This document shows, piece after piece, positions 49,351 to 63,322 of a stretch of 64,000 nt of DNA. The DNA is from Lama guanicoe. Taxonomy: Eukaryota. How positions within the stretch are numbered: the stretch's first letter is position 1; every line of letters begins with the position of its first letter. Where the stretch lies: assembly GCA_013239625.1 (NCBI GenBank), contig MU053754.1, positions 1 to 64,000 of the forward strand. The letters run 5' to 3'. Under the pieces are notes generated by a model. That model was not told the DNA's origin and did not search any database. It was given only the letters and a program-made list of their open reading frames with translations. A program made the translations under genes and the position numbers.

Positions 49351-51844
49351 CTAAAATACCCCATCTTCTATTCACCATTACAGTATTTTGCTTGCTTCTG
49401 TTTAAAAAATATCCTGGAATCAAATAACAAATGAAAGCTGTGTCAAACGCCACCAGCTGTGTCCCCAACACATACCGCAGACATCAGCACATCATTTTTA
49501 TATCTTGACCAGCTCATGGAATGCAGATAAATAATTCAATCCTACGACTTTTATTTTTGGCCGTGTCCTTTTTTTTTTTTTTTTCCTTTTAGGTATAAGG
49601 TTTTGAACTTGACTTTATACTGTAGATTACTCCTATGCTTTCAAACGTCCCATCTGGGGGATCACCTTGAGCTCCTTGTAATGGAGAAGATCAGGACTGG
49701 AGTTTTGGAAATCTCAAACGTTTATTTTGGGAGGAAGTACAGGGTCGAGTTTACCTGCATGCCAGGGGCATTGCTCCCAACCAGACAGTAAATCTGTGTG
49801 TGTGTTAACCACACGTCCTGACATGTGGCGTGGCGGTTTTGCTTCTAACCCCCCGTAAGCTGACAAGGAATTGCCCTTCTAGGGCCAGTGACAGCGGAAT
49901 TTCTATATGCCAGTCGGCTACCGACGCAGGAGAGCATCGAATCATAGAGTAATGCTTGCTTCCCGGAGCAACGCCTGGCGTTTCCCGTGCCCCGTGGACA
50001 GTTGGCGCTACCACCTCGTGCTGCAAGTGGGCGCGCTCCTTTACCTTAAAATCCTTAAAATATTTCCGTCCCATTGTTCCCCTGTTGATCACAGGAAGGA
50101 CTTCCTAAAGATAGTTTCAGAGGAGCTTTTTAGGATTTCCTGTGTTCCCCAGAATTACACTGAGTAGGTGGAATTCTCTCTTAATGGCTCATGGTGGGTG
50201 GCTGCTTCAGAAGATTTTTTTTTCCTTATGAGCTTGACGCATCCCAAGGGGTAGGCACGTCACAGCATTTTGCTTCCATATTTTGTCTGAGCCGACCTAC
50301 ATTGTAGAAGAAAAGAGAAAAGTCAAATCTGTTGAAATAGCAAGGCTTCCTTCTAAAAGGCAAGCTGATTTTTTACATCCTTTGAAGAGCTTGGCTGCGT
50401 TGAACACTCACAGTCCTGTGCTCAGAGTTCTGAACACATTTCTCCTCCCCGATTTCTCATGGCAACTCTCTGCTGCTCTACATTTTCATCTCCGACTTAG
50501 ACACAAAGGACCTCAGTGAGCAAGCCAGCCACCCAGGACTCAAACCAGGTCTTCTCTCAGGACCCAAGAGCCGCAGCCTGAGCCTTTAATGCTACGTGAT
50601 GACACCTCATGCAAGACCGAGGTCCTACCTGTGCGTCCGAAACCCTGCTTCCTCCCACGTGGCACGGCCCAGTGCTGACCCCAAATACTGTCTCAGTAGT
50701 TGCTCGGGACCTGAATCAATGGAGTGAACAAACTCTCCAGAACCCAGGCCTCCTCTGCAACCCGCATTCAGACCTGAAGGACGTAGGACCCCGATTTTCA
50801 CATCTGCACGTTTTCTCCGTGAGGACGACGGAACACTGGTCAGCCAGCCCTCGTTTGTTTCCCATCACAGTCGCCCTCGTTGTCGCCGGTTAAATAACAA
50901 AGTGCCCTTGAAATGGCTTGTTTTCTGCATTTGTCTCATCTCAGGAACCATATGAGAAAGCTCTGGAAATAAAACATTTCATTTATCAGCTATCCTGCAG
51001 CCCGGCCCTGGTAATTCAAAACTATCATCCTGTATAAATTGGTATCATTATACCTTGAGAACCTTACTGAAAGATAATATTGGCGGACCCCTGACGTGCC
51101 ATGTGTTGATCTGAAAGCAAGAATAAATACAGCAGTATTTGTTGCCACAGGAGATTTCTGGGCAGAATTTTTAGGAGAGAAATGTGTTAGGCTTTTATGG
51201 GATCAGTCTCATGAAAAACGGGATGGTTCATGAGCTTTCCGAGTGAGACTCTGGCATGAGACCCAAATGGTATGGGATTCCAGACTGTATCCCTTGAGAG
51301 AGAAAGAATGAATAAAAAATCAGAAATCTGACACTTTATTCACAGATGGAGCCAACTTTTCCACCACGTGTACCTGCGTAGTGGCCTTGTCTAAATTCTC
51401 TTCTATGAAGCTCAGCCCGGTGGTATAAGGTGCTTCTGATGAAAATGATACAAGTTGCCACTCTTGGCAGTCAATCAGAAAAATGGATGGGGACAAAGAA
51501 GCTATTGTGGTCATTTGAAATCTAGGAATTTGGAGGAATCCCTAGGGAGGTAGTGTTACGATGGGGAAGGATGCCTTATGCATTTTAGTAGAAGGAACGT
51601 GGGTAGTGAATGCAGGTGAAGGTTCCTCTGGAGATGAGAACAGCCTGGAGGGGAAACTGCAACCAGGAGATGGAGCTGGCTTGGGAAAAGACAAGGGTGC
51701 CCAGGTGGCTTTGGGAGCAGACACTGTCCCTGACACCCCACGTGCCCCAGTCTGTAGCCCGCGAGCGGGAGGCTTCTCACAAACACGTGTTGACTGCGTG
51801 GATGAGGAAGTGTACAAGCCAACAGTGACTTGGAAAGGCATTTT

Positions 51845-52450
51845 TTAAAAAAATTAGTGGACAATTTTTTTTAGCACTTTTAAGTTTACAGGAAAACAGA
51901 GTAGAAAGTACAGAGAGTTTGCCTACATTCCCTTTGTGTTAGTGCTGGACATTTGTTGCAATTAAATAACCAACACTGATACATTATTATCAGTTAAAAT
52001 GCGTAGTTTACATCAGAGTTCACTATTTGAATTGTGCCTTCTATGCATTTGGGCAAATGTATCATGATTAGAGTATCATACACAATATTTTCACTGCCCT
52101 AAAAATCCTACCCCTGGCAACCACCATTTTTTGTTTCTTTGTTTGTTTGTTTGTTTGTTTGTTTACAGTCTGAGTGGTTTTGCCTTTTCCAGAGTGTCAC
52201 AGAGTTGAATCATGCAGTGTGTAGCCTTTTCAGGGTGACTCATTTTACTTAATGATATGCATTTAAAGGTCCCTCATATCCTTTCACGGCTTGATGCCTC
52301 ATTTCTCTGTATCACTGAATAATATTGCATTCTCTGGATGGACCACAGTTAGTTTATCCACTCACCTACTGAAGGACACCCCGGTTACTGCCAAGGTTTT
52401 GCCAATTATAAATAAACCTGCCGTAAATATTTGTGTACAGACCTTTATGT
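51845..52450 (-). mobile_element. Old L1 (L1MC-like) 3' end
   Basis: ttttaagtttacaggaaaa..gagtagaaagtacagagagtt..caacactgatacattatt..gttttgccttttccagagtgtca..tttatccactcacctactgaaggaca. Confidence 0.8.
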
Positions 52451-52491
52451 CCACAGAAGTTATCAGGGAAGCCACATGTTTTAAAAAAGGC

Positions 52492-52569
52492 ATGACTGGG
52501 ACATTGTGCTGTACACCAGAAATTGACCCATTGTGACTGACTATACCTCTATTTAAAAAAAAAAAAAAA
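52492..52569 (+). mobile_element. Short L1 3' tail
   Basis: atgactgggacattgtgctgtacaccagaaattgac..cattgtgactgactatac plus A-run. Confidence 0.75.
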
Positions 52570-53229
52570 GACATTTCGTCAGCACTTCTGTGTACTGAAA
52601 CACTTCTGTATATATGAAAGGTGAATTTCATTTGCAAGAGAGGTGCATGGTTGTATGCCCATTTGCAAAAGACCCGTTACAAGGAAGTAAGGTCCTCAAT
52701 CCTCTGCTGTCTGCCTAATCCGTGTTATTCTACTTAGAAATTGTTACACGCACCAAAAGGGGCATTTTCCCTTCAAAGTGTAAGTAGGGGTGTTAGTGGT
52801 TATTGGCTCTCCCTTTGTCAACTCATTAAACTAATTACCATTTTCAAAGTGATAAACCTGAAATAGTGTCAGAGTCAGATTACCCCAAGCCCGAGTGCAC
52901 AGGTGGTCTGCTTAGCTGAGCCGAATAACACGGCAATAAATGTCTGCCCGATGATGATTTATCGTGGGAGACAACGTGCTGAAGTGGCCCTGTGTGTCTC
53001 ATTCCTCGGTCCTGAGTATGACATTTATGTATATGGCATGGCTTCTAGGAGTTTGTCATATGAGTTAAAAAAAAAAAAACTGAGAAAGACTGAACGTACT
53101 CTGGCCTGTGGCATTTGCAGTCAAATAGCAAAAAATATGTCTGGGAACAAATGACTTGACTTGGGTCTTGCTTCTGCATCGGAGATCATCTCTGCCACCT
53201 CCGTGGAGGGTTGACCCTGCAAACTTCTA

Positions 53230-54318
53230 TGCCTTTTCTGGACCATGTCGGTGAGGGTGCAACCCCGGGGTGGAGGGCCTGCCTTCACTGGCGTATGACC
53301 TACCTGCCAGGTGTCCCCATGTGCAGTTACTGTTTCTGCTGCAGAGGGTACCTGGTGTCCTTGTAGAAGTCCAGTTCTTGTGGTTATCCTACAGTGACGA
53401 GATGGACCCCACCCACAGTGTGGGTCCCACATCTAAACTAGTTAAGCCACAGCCACGCCAAGAGGCCATGGAAAGGGTTGTAACTCACAGAGTGAGGCTT
53501 TCTGGGAGGAGCAGGGCAACTCCTAAAATGGTCCAAACATAGCTTGAGAGAGATGGAAAGGAGAGAGTCAGCTTTCATGGTGGGTGGGAGTTGGATCTTG
53601 GATATGGGTTCCTGCATGGAGGCAGGAACTGGCATAGTTAGCACCTCCCACAGACACTGATGGAGGGAACCAACCCCGAAGCTTTCATATTAGCTTACTG
53701 GGGACAAGTGGAAAAGGCAGAGGTGAGGATTAAAAGCTCTTAGTAGTCGAACATCAAAAGGCAAAGTCAGGGAAACAACCTAAGTGTCCATCAACAGATG
53801 AGTGGGATAAAGAAGATGTGGTGAATATATAAACAGTGGAATACTACTCAGCCATTAAAAAGAATGAAATAATGCCATCTGCTGCAACATGGAAGGACTT
53901 AGAGATTATCATACTAAGTGAAGTAAGTCAAAGACAGGTATCATATGATATTACTTATATGTGGAATGTAAAATATGATGTAAATGAACTTATTTACACA
54001 ACAGGAACAAACTCACAGACATAGAAAACAAACATATGGTTACCAAACGGGAAATGATGGGGGAGGGATAAACTAGGAGTTTGAATTTGCAGATACAAAC
54101 TACTATACATAAAATAGATGAACAACAAGATTATACTGTACAGGACAGGGAACTACATTGAATATCTTGTAATAACGTATAATGAAAAAGATATGGAAGA
54201 AATGTATACATATGGATACTGAATCGCTGTGCTGTACACCAGAAATTAACACTGCATTGTAAATCAACTATAATTCAATTTAAAAAAAAAAAAAGAACAA
54301 AGTCAGACCCTTTAATAC
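53230..54318 (-). mobile_element. ERVL-type LTR (MER76-like) split by an L1 insertion; left boundary approximate
   Basis: gtgaggattaaaagctc..gtcgaacatcaaaaggcaaagtcag [L1] accctttaatac resembles the reverse complement of an LTR start tgtaataaagagtctgac..tttgatgtttgac. Confidence 0.45.
53771..54293 (+). mobile_element. L1 3' end (ORF2 tail plus UTR)
   Basis: ggaaacaacctaagtgtccatcaacagatga..EYYSAIKKNEIMP..LEIIILSEVSQ, UTR and poly(A). TSD core caaagtcag on both sides. Confidence 0.93.
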
Positions 54319-55695
54319 CTCACACTATAACTGACTGGGCACATGAACTGACTGAGTTAAAGGAACAGCGTGTGAGTACATAGATCTGTCTGTAAATTAT
54401 ACATTTTTTCTTCTAGTTTGACCATCATTGTCTTCTGATTTGAGAGTGGGTGATGGTAGCGTCATAATCAAAGATGCGTTTCGGCCCATGCCTCCTTCTT
54501 CACCTGGCTTCTGTGGTTGGTGGTGGTTTTTTTCCTTATGGAAAATTTCAGGCATGAATAGAAATAGAAAAGTGCAGTGAACTCCCTTGTGCCCCTTATC
54601 CACATTTAACAGTGAACGAAGTCCTGCCTGATCTTGCTTAGCGCACGTCCCTTCTTCCTGGGTTAATTTGAAGAAGACAGTGGCTATCCGTGGGTCTTCC
54701 AGGAGGTAACTCTGATTTCTCTCCTGAATGTCATTTTCATTCCTGTGTGATTCTCAATGACTTCATCCACTTAACTACATGAGGTTTGAGACTGTGGGAT
54801 TTGGAATCAGATTTTATTCTTTTTTTCCTGGGTCTCCCAGTTCCTAACTGTGTCGCTGTGAGCGGGTCGTGTACTGTCTGGGAGCACTGTGGCTGTCACC
54901 TGTATGATGGAGCCGATACTCCTTCCTTGTGAGGGTCAGTGTCGCCTAAACAGGAGAACGTGGAAGAAAGTCCTTCGCACGTAGAGAGTGTTTGACGGAT
55001 GAGAGGCGTTGTTCTCATTGTTGTGGCTGGAATCGTCACTTTGAAGGGTTGTGAAGTGGGGGTTCGTACACAATGTGGGTGTATGGGGTGGGTGCAGGGG
55101 GAGGACAAGGGGGGTGGAGAAGGGGAGGACAAGGAAGAGGAAAGCATGAGGAGTATCAATACTCGTGATGGGCAGTTTTAGATTTGGGTGTCTATGGTAA
55201 ATATTAAAACAGATCGTTCATTCATCATAAAATGTTTATAGAGGTATTTGTTCATGGGAGAAGAACACTGCTGGTTCGGGTTTTCTCCCGGTCAGTAAGG
55301 AAAACCAGTAGACAGCTTTATAACTTCAGGACCACGGACAGCAGCCACAATCCGGCATCTTCTTTGAAGGAGTCATGATCAGCAAGCCTGATTCTGTTAG
55401 AACCCTTTATCCGATCTCTCTACAGAATCACCCCAGCATGCCTAGAGGTTCAGATAATACTTAACGATGATAACTTTATTCAATGACTGCGTCTTCTTGA
55501 TGCAAGAGGCCTGGCACTCTTGGTCCTCCTCCTTAGTCTGCCCCCCCTGTCAGGAGCAGCATGGGAGAGCTCAGCTTGCAAGACTGTCCCCTCCTCACCA
55601 GAAGAAATTAATGGACAAGTCAATGAGGGCAAACAACCTCCCTTTCTTTCGTAAAGATTGCACTGTTTTCAAATTGAATACTTTCTCCCCTTCAG

Positions 55696-55833
55696 GGCAG
55701 ATCTTGGATGTTCTGGATGAGCTGAAACTGGCTAATAACACCCTCGTCTACTTCTCCTCGGACCAAGGAGCACACGTAGAGGAGATGAGCATCAGAGGGG
55801 AAGTTCACGGAGGCAGTAATGGAATCTATAAAG
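55696..55833 (+). CDS. STS: STS exon 7 equivalent (138 bp): SDQG metal-binding motif
   Basis: Acceptor ttcag|GG. Reads (G)[45 protein letters not shown](G). Donor G|gtgaga. Confidence 0.97.
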
Positions 55834-56152
55834 GTGAGACGTCTGTCCAGGTGGGAAATGCCCATGGGGCTCAGCTCTGCCCCCGCCCAACCCCCAGCTC
55901 ACCCCGTGGTCACCTTTTCCTGGATCTCAGAGGCATGGGGTTATTCTTCTGCAACTTGAAACATGTAGGACTTTGCTGGGTCACGGGCACTGAGACGTCA
56001 GATGGCCGATGTGACCATTTCTGGAATGGTCCCCACAGAACTTAAGAGCACACATTCTGTGTCAAGACATTAGAGTTGAGGGCATTGTCCCCCAAATGTA
56101 CATGCAGCTCCATACCATGTAGCTGATTGAAACAAGACCCCGTCCACCCTCC

Positions 56153-56423
56153 ATGTAACCATTTCCTGCAGCCACCGTAACAAGTGAACGTAAACGTCCT
56201 GGCCTAAAGCAACACGGGAGTATTAACTTGTAGTTCTAGAGGTCAGAAGTTTGAAATGGGCCTCACTTGTCCAAAATCAAGGTGACGGCAGGGCTGCGTC
56301 CTTCTGGAGGCTCTCAGGGAGAGTCTCTATCCTTGCCTGTTCAAGCGTCTGGAGGCCACCTCCATTCCTTGGCTCAGAGCCCTTTTCTTCCATTTTTAAA
56401 ATTGACAATGCAGTGTCTTCAGA

Positions 56424-56470
<47 letters not shown>

Positions 56471-56706
56471 CCTCTGCTCCTGTAATCTCATCTCTTTCAC
56501 TTGCTCGGACCCTCTTGCCTGCAATTCCAAGGACCCTTGTGATTATATTGGGCTCACACAGATCATCTAGACTAATGGTCCCATTTCTCGACCCTTCACT
56601 TAATCATATCTGCACGTCCCCTCTGGCATGGAAGGTGACATATTTACAGTCACCTGGGGGCTGAGGACGTGGACAGCTTTGGGAGGTCATGATTCTGCTC
56701 ACCTCA
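56153..56706 (-). mobile_element. MLT1C/D-like MaLR LTR containing a (CT)n tract
   Basis: gttctagaggtcagaagt..aaaatcaaggtg..gcagggctgcgtccttctggaggctct..ggacccttgtgattatattgggc..acttaatcatatctgca..gaggacgtggaca. Confidence 0.85.
56428..56468. repeat. (CT)n microsatellite
   Basis: Direct reading. Confidence 0.95.
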
Positions 56707-57343
56707 GTCTGCTGTAGCACTTTGAGCTGATGCTTGGTTCCTGACACAGCATTAACTAAGCCACCAGCAAAATGGATCAGGCCTGTCACTGGGGATATCG
56801 GGTACGACCCAGCTACTGACCCCAAGCTGCTTGTACAGGATAGAGTTGGCGAATACCAGACATACGTATCTAACTATAGTAAGTGGGACCCGATTCACAA
56901 AGACTTAGGTGAGATACCTCAGAGGGCACATCGGTGCTAAGGGTTAAGACACCCACCCAGGTCTGCAGTGGATGTGGGTTGGTTGGAGGAGGATGAGTGG
57001 AAGTGAACATGCAAAGAGGTGAAGCGTGGTGTCCCAGACAGTGGGGGCTGCCTGATACAGCAAGAACACGTGTAAGACGTAGGAAAGCACGTGACCATTG
57101 AATTTTGCTACTGTAAAGAGATGAAGTGCTTTATAGCTCCTTGGTTATTCTCTCATATGGACATTTCACAGATTACCAGGGACTCAGGAAATCAGAGTTT
57201 ACCTACAAAGGTGTGAAAGGATAATGGTGGAATGTTTTCCTCCATTAGTTTATAAAATACTGATTGAGCTGTGTACCTGATACTGGGCTAGAGGCAAAAA
57301 TAAATATGAAATGGAGTCTCTTCCCTGAAGGAGCTCATGGTCA

Positions 57344-57695
57344 GTGGGTTGGGTAGGTAGGTGGTTGGCTGGGTGGGTAGTTGGTTGAGTGGATGGTTGG
57401 GTGGGTGGGTGGCTGGTTGTTTGGTTGGGTGGGTAGCTGGTTGGGTGAGTGGGTAGTTGGGTGGTTGGTTGGATGGATGGTTGGGTGGATGGGTGGCTGG
57501 TTGCTTGGTTGGTTGGATGGGTGGTTGAGTGGTTGGATGAATGGATAGATGAGTAGGTGAATGGATGGTTGGGTGGATGGGTGGCTGGTTGGTTAGGTGC
57601 GTGGGTGCCTGGTTGCTTGGTTGGGTGGGTTGTTGGGTTGATGGTTGGGTGGTTTGTTGCATAGGTGGTTGGGTGGCTGGGTAAGCAGTTGGTGG
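57344..57695 (+). repeat. Degenerate G-rich tetranucleotide array (GGTT/GGGT/GGAT/GGCT)n
   Basis: Direct reading. It produces the spurious Pro/Thr/His/Gln-rich ORFs on the minus strand. Confidence 0.9.
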
Positions 57696-59131
57696 CAGGA
57701 AGTCGAAGGAGACCCATTAGATTTGACATTTCTTGGCACAAGATACTAGTGGTGCATACAGCAAGAAAAGAGCCTCACTCGGCCAGTGGTGCCCAAGAAA
57801 TGTTTCCAAAGAAGGCAAGGCTGGGAAGGAGTTGGCCAGTGTGCTTGCTGTCTTGTTCTGCTTGTAGCTCCTTCCACCCTCCCAACCACTTACCCTCCTC
57901 AGTCATGCTGGGAATGAAGAGAAGCAGGTGACGTACCCTGCACACTGCCAGGAGTGGGGTAAGGCCAGGTCATACCGGGCCTTAGCCAAAGGAACAGAGA
58001 AAGGGTGATCTGTTACCCATCCCAGGGGCAGCATGTAGCTTATGAAACCTTACGCTTCTGCTTACATCCTCGTGTGCACATTTGAGTGTTTTAAATTCTT
58101 TTTAATTCTGAGTTCCTGGGAGCAGGGAGCTTTCCTTATGCTTTTGGCTACTTGGAATGCAGGTCAAAAGGATTCCCATTCAGTGCTGTCTGGACACCCT
58201 CACTGGATGTTCATACCCCTTCCTTCCGTTGTCATCGGTAGCTCGCCAGTGCAGGACGCACAACCAATACTCACCACGGGTGACATGAATGAACAGGGGT
58301 GTTTAGTTGGAACAGGACTAGCCCGTTCCTTGAGCTAGTCTTATTTTCGAGGAGTGAGGAGTGAAAACTTGTATTCCTGTATACGAAGACTACATGCTTT
58401 TGCCGTATTTCCACGAGGTTATGGCCTGTGTGCAGAGCTGTTTTTATGTTATTTTATAGCTGATAGCATCTCTCGAGATGGAGTTGCAGACTGCATTTCA
58501 TGCATCGGTTCCCCCGACCATTCATTCTCCCGATGAAGGTCTGTTAGTTTCCAGAGTAGCTTAGTGGCTGCAGGTGAGACGTGTACATAAATCACAGTAA
58601 TAAAAGTGGTTTTAGCAAGTAATACGTTATTTAAGAAAGTTACAGATACAGTGCGATGGAGCCTCAGTTCAGGGACAGATGACCAGATGACCACCAGCTG
58701 ATAAATCTGAGGAAAACCTCACGAGCAAGAGGAGGGGTTGGCATCGGCCTTTTGCTTTGATAGTTGGCTCTTCGGAGACATTAAGTGGACGGTGAGGTTG
58801 GATCAGAAAGGGAGAGTCAGAGGTCTGAGTGATGGCTGGGAACTGGGGTTCTTATACAATCTGAAAAGCGTGCTCATAGCTGCTCCCTGGTATTTCTAAC
58901 AGACGCATTGGGTGTGCTGGAAATGCTTTGCTTGACTGCTAGGAATACCATCAGTGCATGACACTGTATTAATATCTCAGCCGCCACTCTGTTGCAAAAC
59001 ATTATCCCTTTGTCAAATTTAGTTGAAATCAAGTTCACAGTGAAACATGGTTACAGTATGATGCTCAAAGAAAAAAAAAAAAGACGTGGTTTCCATCTAG
59101 CTACGGGAAATGACCAAAGACTTCTAAATGT

Positions 59132-59271
59132 TGGGCGGGGAGGGTCTAGGTCAGTGGTAGAGTGCATGCTTACCATACACGAGGCTCTGGGTTCAATCTC
59201 CAGTACTTCTGTTAAAATAAAACAAATAAATAAAATAAACCTAATTACCTCCCCCTCAAACAAACAAACAG
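59132..59271 (+). mobile_element. tRNA-Ala-derived SINE
   Basis: SINE head and tail. 16-bp TSD aaagacttctaaatgt (59116-59131) / aaagacttctgaatgt (59272-59287) with one mismatch. Confidence 0.93.
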
Positions 59272-60471
59272 AAAGACTTCTGAATGTCAACACACCTTGT
59301 TTTCTAAAGCTGAGAACTCGCACGTACTCCTGTGATATATGCAGGCACAGAGGCATCACACCATTCAAGCTCACTGATCAAGAGAGTGTCTTGTCTGAAC
59401 AGTAATGATTTCCACTCTTAATCAAAACCACACAAAAAGATCTGTATGCTTTGAGCTCAGCAATTCCACTGTATTCCCCAGTCAGGTCTGTTTCACTAAT
59501 GAAATCTGTGTGTGAGCCACCTTGATAGAGTGGCTGTGACTAAGTCACTTCACAGAGTTCAATAGGTGATTCCTTTTAATCGTAGGAACGTTAAGTTCTG
59601 CTGCAGTCTGCATTTGAAAAAATAATAATAATATAATATTTGGGGGTTTAGGAAATAGTGATGCTACTTTTCGTTTCTCTCATTTTTTGAAGGAAATGTG
59701 TTTGCAGCATAACTGTCCTGTTTAGATTTCAATATGGGTAAATTTCGCCTTTGTCACAAGGCTGTTCCATGAAAGGGAATTGTGAATAGAGGCAGCGTCC
59801 AATGTATATTTTGAATATAACATTAGTTAACACTTGAGCAATCTTGATGATGTCCGTCCTATAATACTTTCTGAACTACTTACTTCTGAGAAGCTTCTGA
59901 AATCAATTTCCTTCTCCCGTCCACATGTTGTGGATAATTATGTCAACCTTAAAAAAAAAAATGAGTTGACCAAGTAACAGCCCATCTTGTCATTTGAGAA
60001 TTGAGGAATCATTGTTTCCTTTGGAGCTCCTGGGTCACCTGACAGTGTTCGCGTACTGACTTAATTAGGCTTTTCATCGAGAGTGAGATAAGCAAGCAAA
60101 CCCAAAAATCCCACGTGCCTTTTACACTGAGTAGCCCGTGACCTCCTCAGAGCTGCCAAACGAACGTCAAAGTTTCAACTTGGCTTTGAAATACTGAAAA
60201 TGTCCGCATGCTTGCTCTGGAACGTGGGGTAGGAACCACAGTTTGAGATGAACAGAGGAGTTACAACTTCCTTGCGACCCTGAACCGTCTCCAGGAAACA
60301 CAGATGGTGGCTCTGAGTTGGTGTAAGTGCACACCTGTCCGTGGGCACACTGAGGTCAGGGGAGTGGGAGCTCTTGTGAAGGGCCTTCAGCCTGCTCCCT
60401 TACCTGTGTCAGGGCCGGGCACTTGGATAGGAACTCAAGACTGTAGTCTTGCAGATGGTGGTTCTCTCTTC

Positions 60472-60612
60472 CTTTAATTTTTATTTTTTGGAGCGGGGAG
60501 GTAATTAGGGTTATTTATCTATTTACTTGTTTCTAATGGAGGTACTGGGGGTTGAACCCAGGACCTCATGCATGCTAAGCATGCGCTCTAGCACTGAGCT
60601 GTACCCTCCCCC
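60472..60612 (-). mobile_element. tRNA-Ala-derived SINE
   Basis: ggggaggtaattagg..tggaggtactgggggttgaacccaggacctcatgcatgctaagcatgcgctcta..ctgagctgtaccctcccc. Confidence 0.93.
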
Positions 60613-60774
60613 GATTGCGGGTCTCCTGGGGAAGGAGCCGTCGGCCCCGCCCCAGCTTCACAGGATGTCCCAGTCAGGGTTAAGCCCCTGGGGCCCTCCG
60701 TACACAGAGGTGGGTGCCAGTGAACTCATGGATGCTCCTTCTTGACTTCATTGGTGCCTCGTCCTTCTTGGATC

Positions 60775-60910
60775 TACCTCTCAAAGTTGGAGGCCTCTGG
60801 GGCTCTGTCCTGCGCCCCCTCCTTTCTTTGTGTGCACACTCACCCTGTGTGATCTCATCCAAACCCATGGCCTCAAAGAGCATTTGAGAGCTGGTAACAC
60901 CCATACCTGG
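60775..60910 (+). mobile_element. L2 ORF2 (reverse transcriptase) fragment
   Basis: ggctctgtcctgcgccccct..gtgatctcatccaaacccatggc; remnant TLTLCDLIQTHGLK resembles L2 YTLSLGDLIQSHGFK. Confidence 0.65.
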
Positions 60911-63322
60911 CGCCGACCCTTCCCGGGAACCCCGGACTTTCTGAAAGGTCACCCAGCAGGAGACTCCCCACTCAACCCCTTCCTCCCTTTTATTCTGCCT
61001 AAAGCAGGTAATAAATGTCAATGGACTGGCTACATTAACTCTGTAGACAGCGTCTGCCGAAGCATTGGTCGGTGGGGATGGGAGCTGAGAATCGTATTTT
61101 CCCGAGTGTTTAAGAACATAGACTTTCTCCACGCACAGAGACGTGCTTTCAGAGCTCCCTGATATCAGCACTGGGGGCACCGCAGCTTCTGGGGTTTCTC
61201 CTCAAAGTGCAGACTCCAAAGCAGCTGAGTGGCTGGAGTCCGTTTCACTGAGGAGCCACTTCTCACAGCCACTGAGCTGGGCGTCTCTTTCCCTCGTGCA
61301 GTCACGCAGCTTTCAGAGCAGTGGATACCTTCATTGTAAAAAATTAAATAAATAAAAGCAAAAGGCTCTGGTAGTTTATTAGAAGCTGGCGACATTCAGG
61401 GTCATTCTCCAGATTTTAGCAAACGTTTTCAGCAGCTCCCGAAGAATGGGCAGTACCTGGCCGGTCTCACCAGTATCAGTGTTTACGTGCCGGGAGGCAT
61501 CCTGCAGGCTTCTCACCTTTGAAAGAAGCTCACGTGTCATCCTCACTTAGCTGTTCATTCACTCAGTTAAATTCAACTGACAAGCATGCATGCATTGAGT
61601 CTGTGTGGTATGGCAGGCACCGGGCTAGTTTCTAGGTCCTAAAGACAATTGATCCGGGGTCCCTGACCGCCAGCAGCTTATATTCCTTTGTTGGGATGGA
61701 GGTCTAAGGAGGTGATTTCAGAATGGCAAACTGGTAAGGGAGCTCTGACAACGGACAGTTGCAGGTAGTTCGTGCAATCTGGGAGCTGAGAAAGCTTCGC
61801 AGGAGAGGCTGGCCTTTTTGCAGGCTGACGTTGGGAGGTGCTGGCTGGGAGAAGGAGACGTGGGAAGTTCATTCCAGGCAGGAGTGAGGGGCTTGTGGGT
61901 AGCAAAACGCCGCTCATTATTGCTAGAGATGAAGGTGTGAACGAGGGATGTTGGGTGTGTGGCTGAGACAGTAGCCTACGTCCACACTAATGTGTACAAT
62001 AGAATGAAGTGTGTGTGTGTGTGTGTGTGTGTGTGGCCATTTGGAGCACAGTTAAATTTAGAGACGAACATTCTCAACAAAATCCAGTATAAGGAAAGGA
62101 ATGGATTGTTAGTCTAGGAACACCGTAGAGGACTGTCATGATTAAAAAGCCAGCACACGCAGGTTGTTTTCTAAGTGCCCTTCGTAAGGGCAGGGTGTGA
62201 CCCTTACCCGAGACATGACAAGAACTATGACGGTAGATGTGTTCTACTCACGTGTGTATCCCCAGAACCTGACGTGTTTTAGGAAATAATTTTTGACTTA
62301 AACCGTAAATGAAAAAACACTTGAGTTTGGGTTTGAAGGCTGTATTGTTTAACCTCATGAAGAGGGCAGGTGGAAGAGCATGGTGAATCCATTGGGTATG
62401 GGCGGTAAATCTTTTGGGTATTGGCGATTGATTGTGTCCTGGGTTTCAGGGAAAAGAAGGCCTCAAAGCTGGCTCTCCTGTTCCTGGCTGGTGTCACTGG
62501 GTGCGTGGAGGTTCCCTGTAGGAATGAGGACGCCCAGGCAGAGACTTGTTTTTGATTGGCATGCGGGGAGGCATATGCGATCATTTGGTGTAAGAAGAGA
62601 GTCAGGGACCAAGACGAGCAGGAAAGTCGGGATGGAAGATGGTGATGGAACGAAGCAGAATGTGGAGAGCGTGACTGGGGAAGTGAGGACACTAGGGAGA
62701 GAGGAGTCAGGGAAGAGCACGGTTCGGAGAAATGAGTGCTGATCAGCAGTCGAGGAAGCTGTAGACCCCACAGGGCACGGCGTGTATTACACATGTGATG
62801 GTAAGGCGTGTTTTTTCAGTGACAGTGAGGGGCAGGGACCAGACGGTGGAAGAGGAAGTGGAAGGTGGGCAGGATCTCAGATTCTTCTCAGAAATGTGTC
62901 TACGCAGAAACAATGGCTGTGAAAGGGGAACTTTCTATTGGGGGAGATCGGAGTGTATTTCATTCTTCCAAGTCAACTTCAACGGAGTTAAGAGACAAGG
63001 AATCATTGAGAATGTCAGGTTTCTAAGAAGATGGTAGGAAATGAGATCTAAAGCTTAGAAGGAAGGTTGATGTTTGAAAGGAGGAGGGACAGCCTCTTCT
63101 GTAGGAAAGAGCAGTGAGAGGAGGTGCTGGGGAATTGGGGAGCATAATGGTTGGAACTTGAAGATCTTCCCAAAGAAAGCTTTCAGTCTCCTCTACTGAG
63201 GAGCTGGGAAAACCACCCACCAAAGCTAAAATAGCTGCTCCCTGGCTCTTCGGGGGAAACACATGCCAGCCCCAGACTCAGATTAATTAGCAGTTTGGTA
63301 TCTGGCTTAAATCGTCACCCTT

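Noticed and set aside
57250..57741. Mucin-like P/T/Q/H-rich ORFs
   Set aside because: Translations of the tetranucleotide repeat array.
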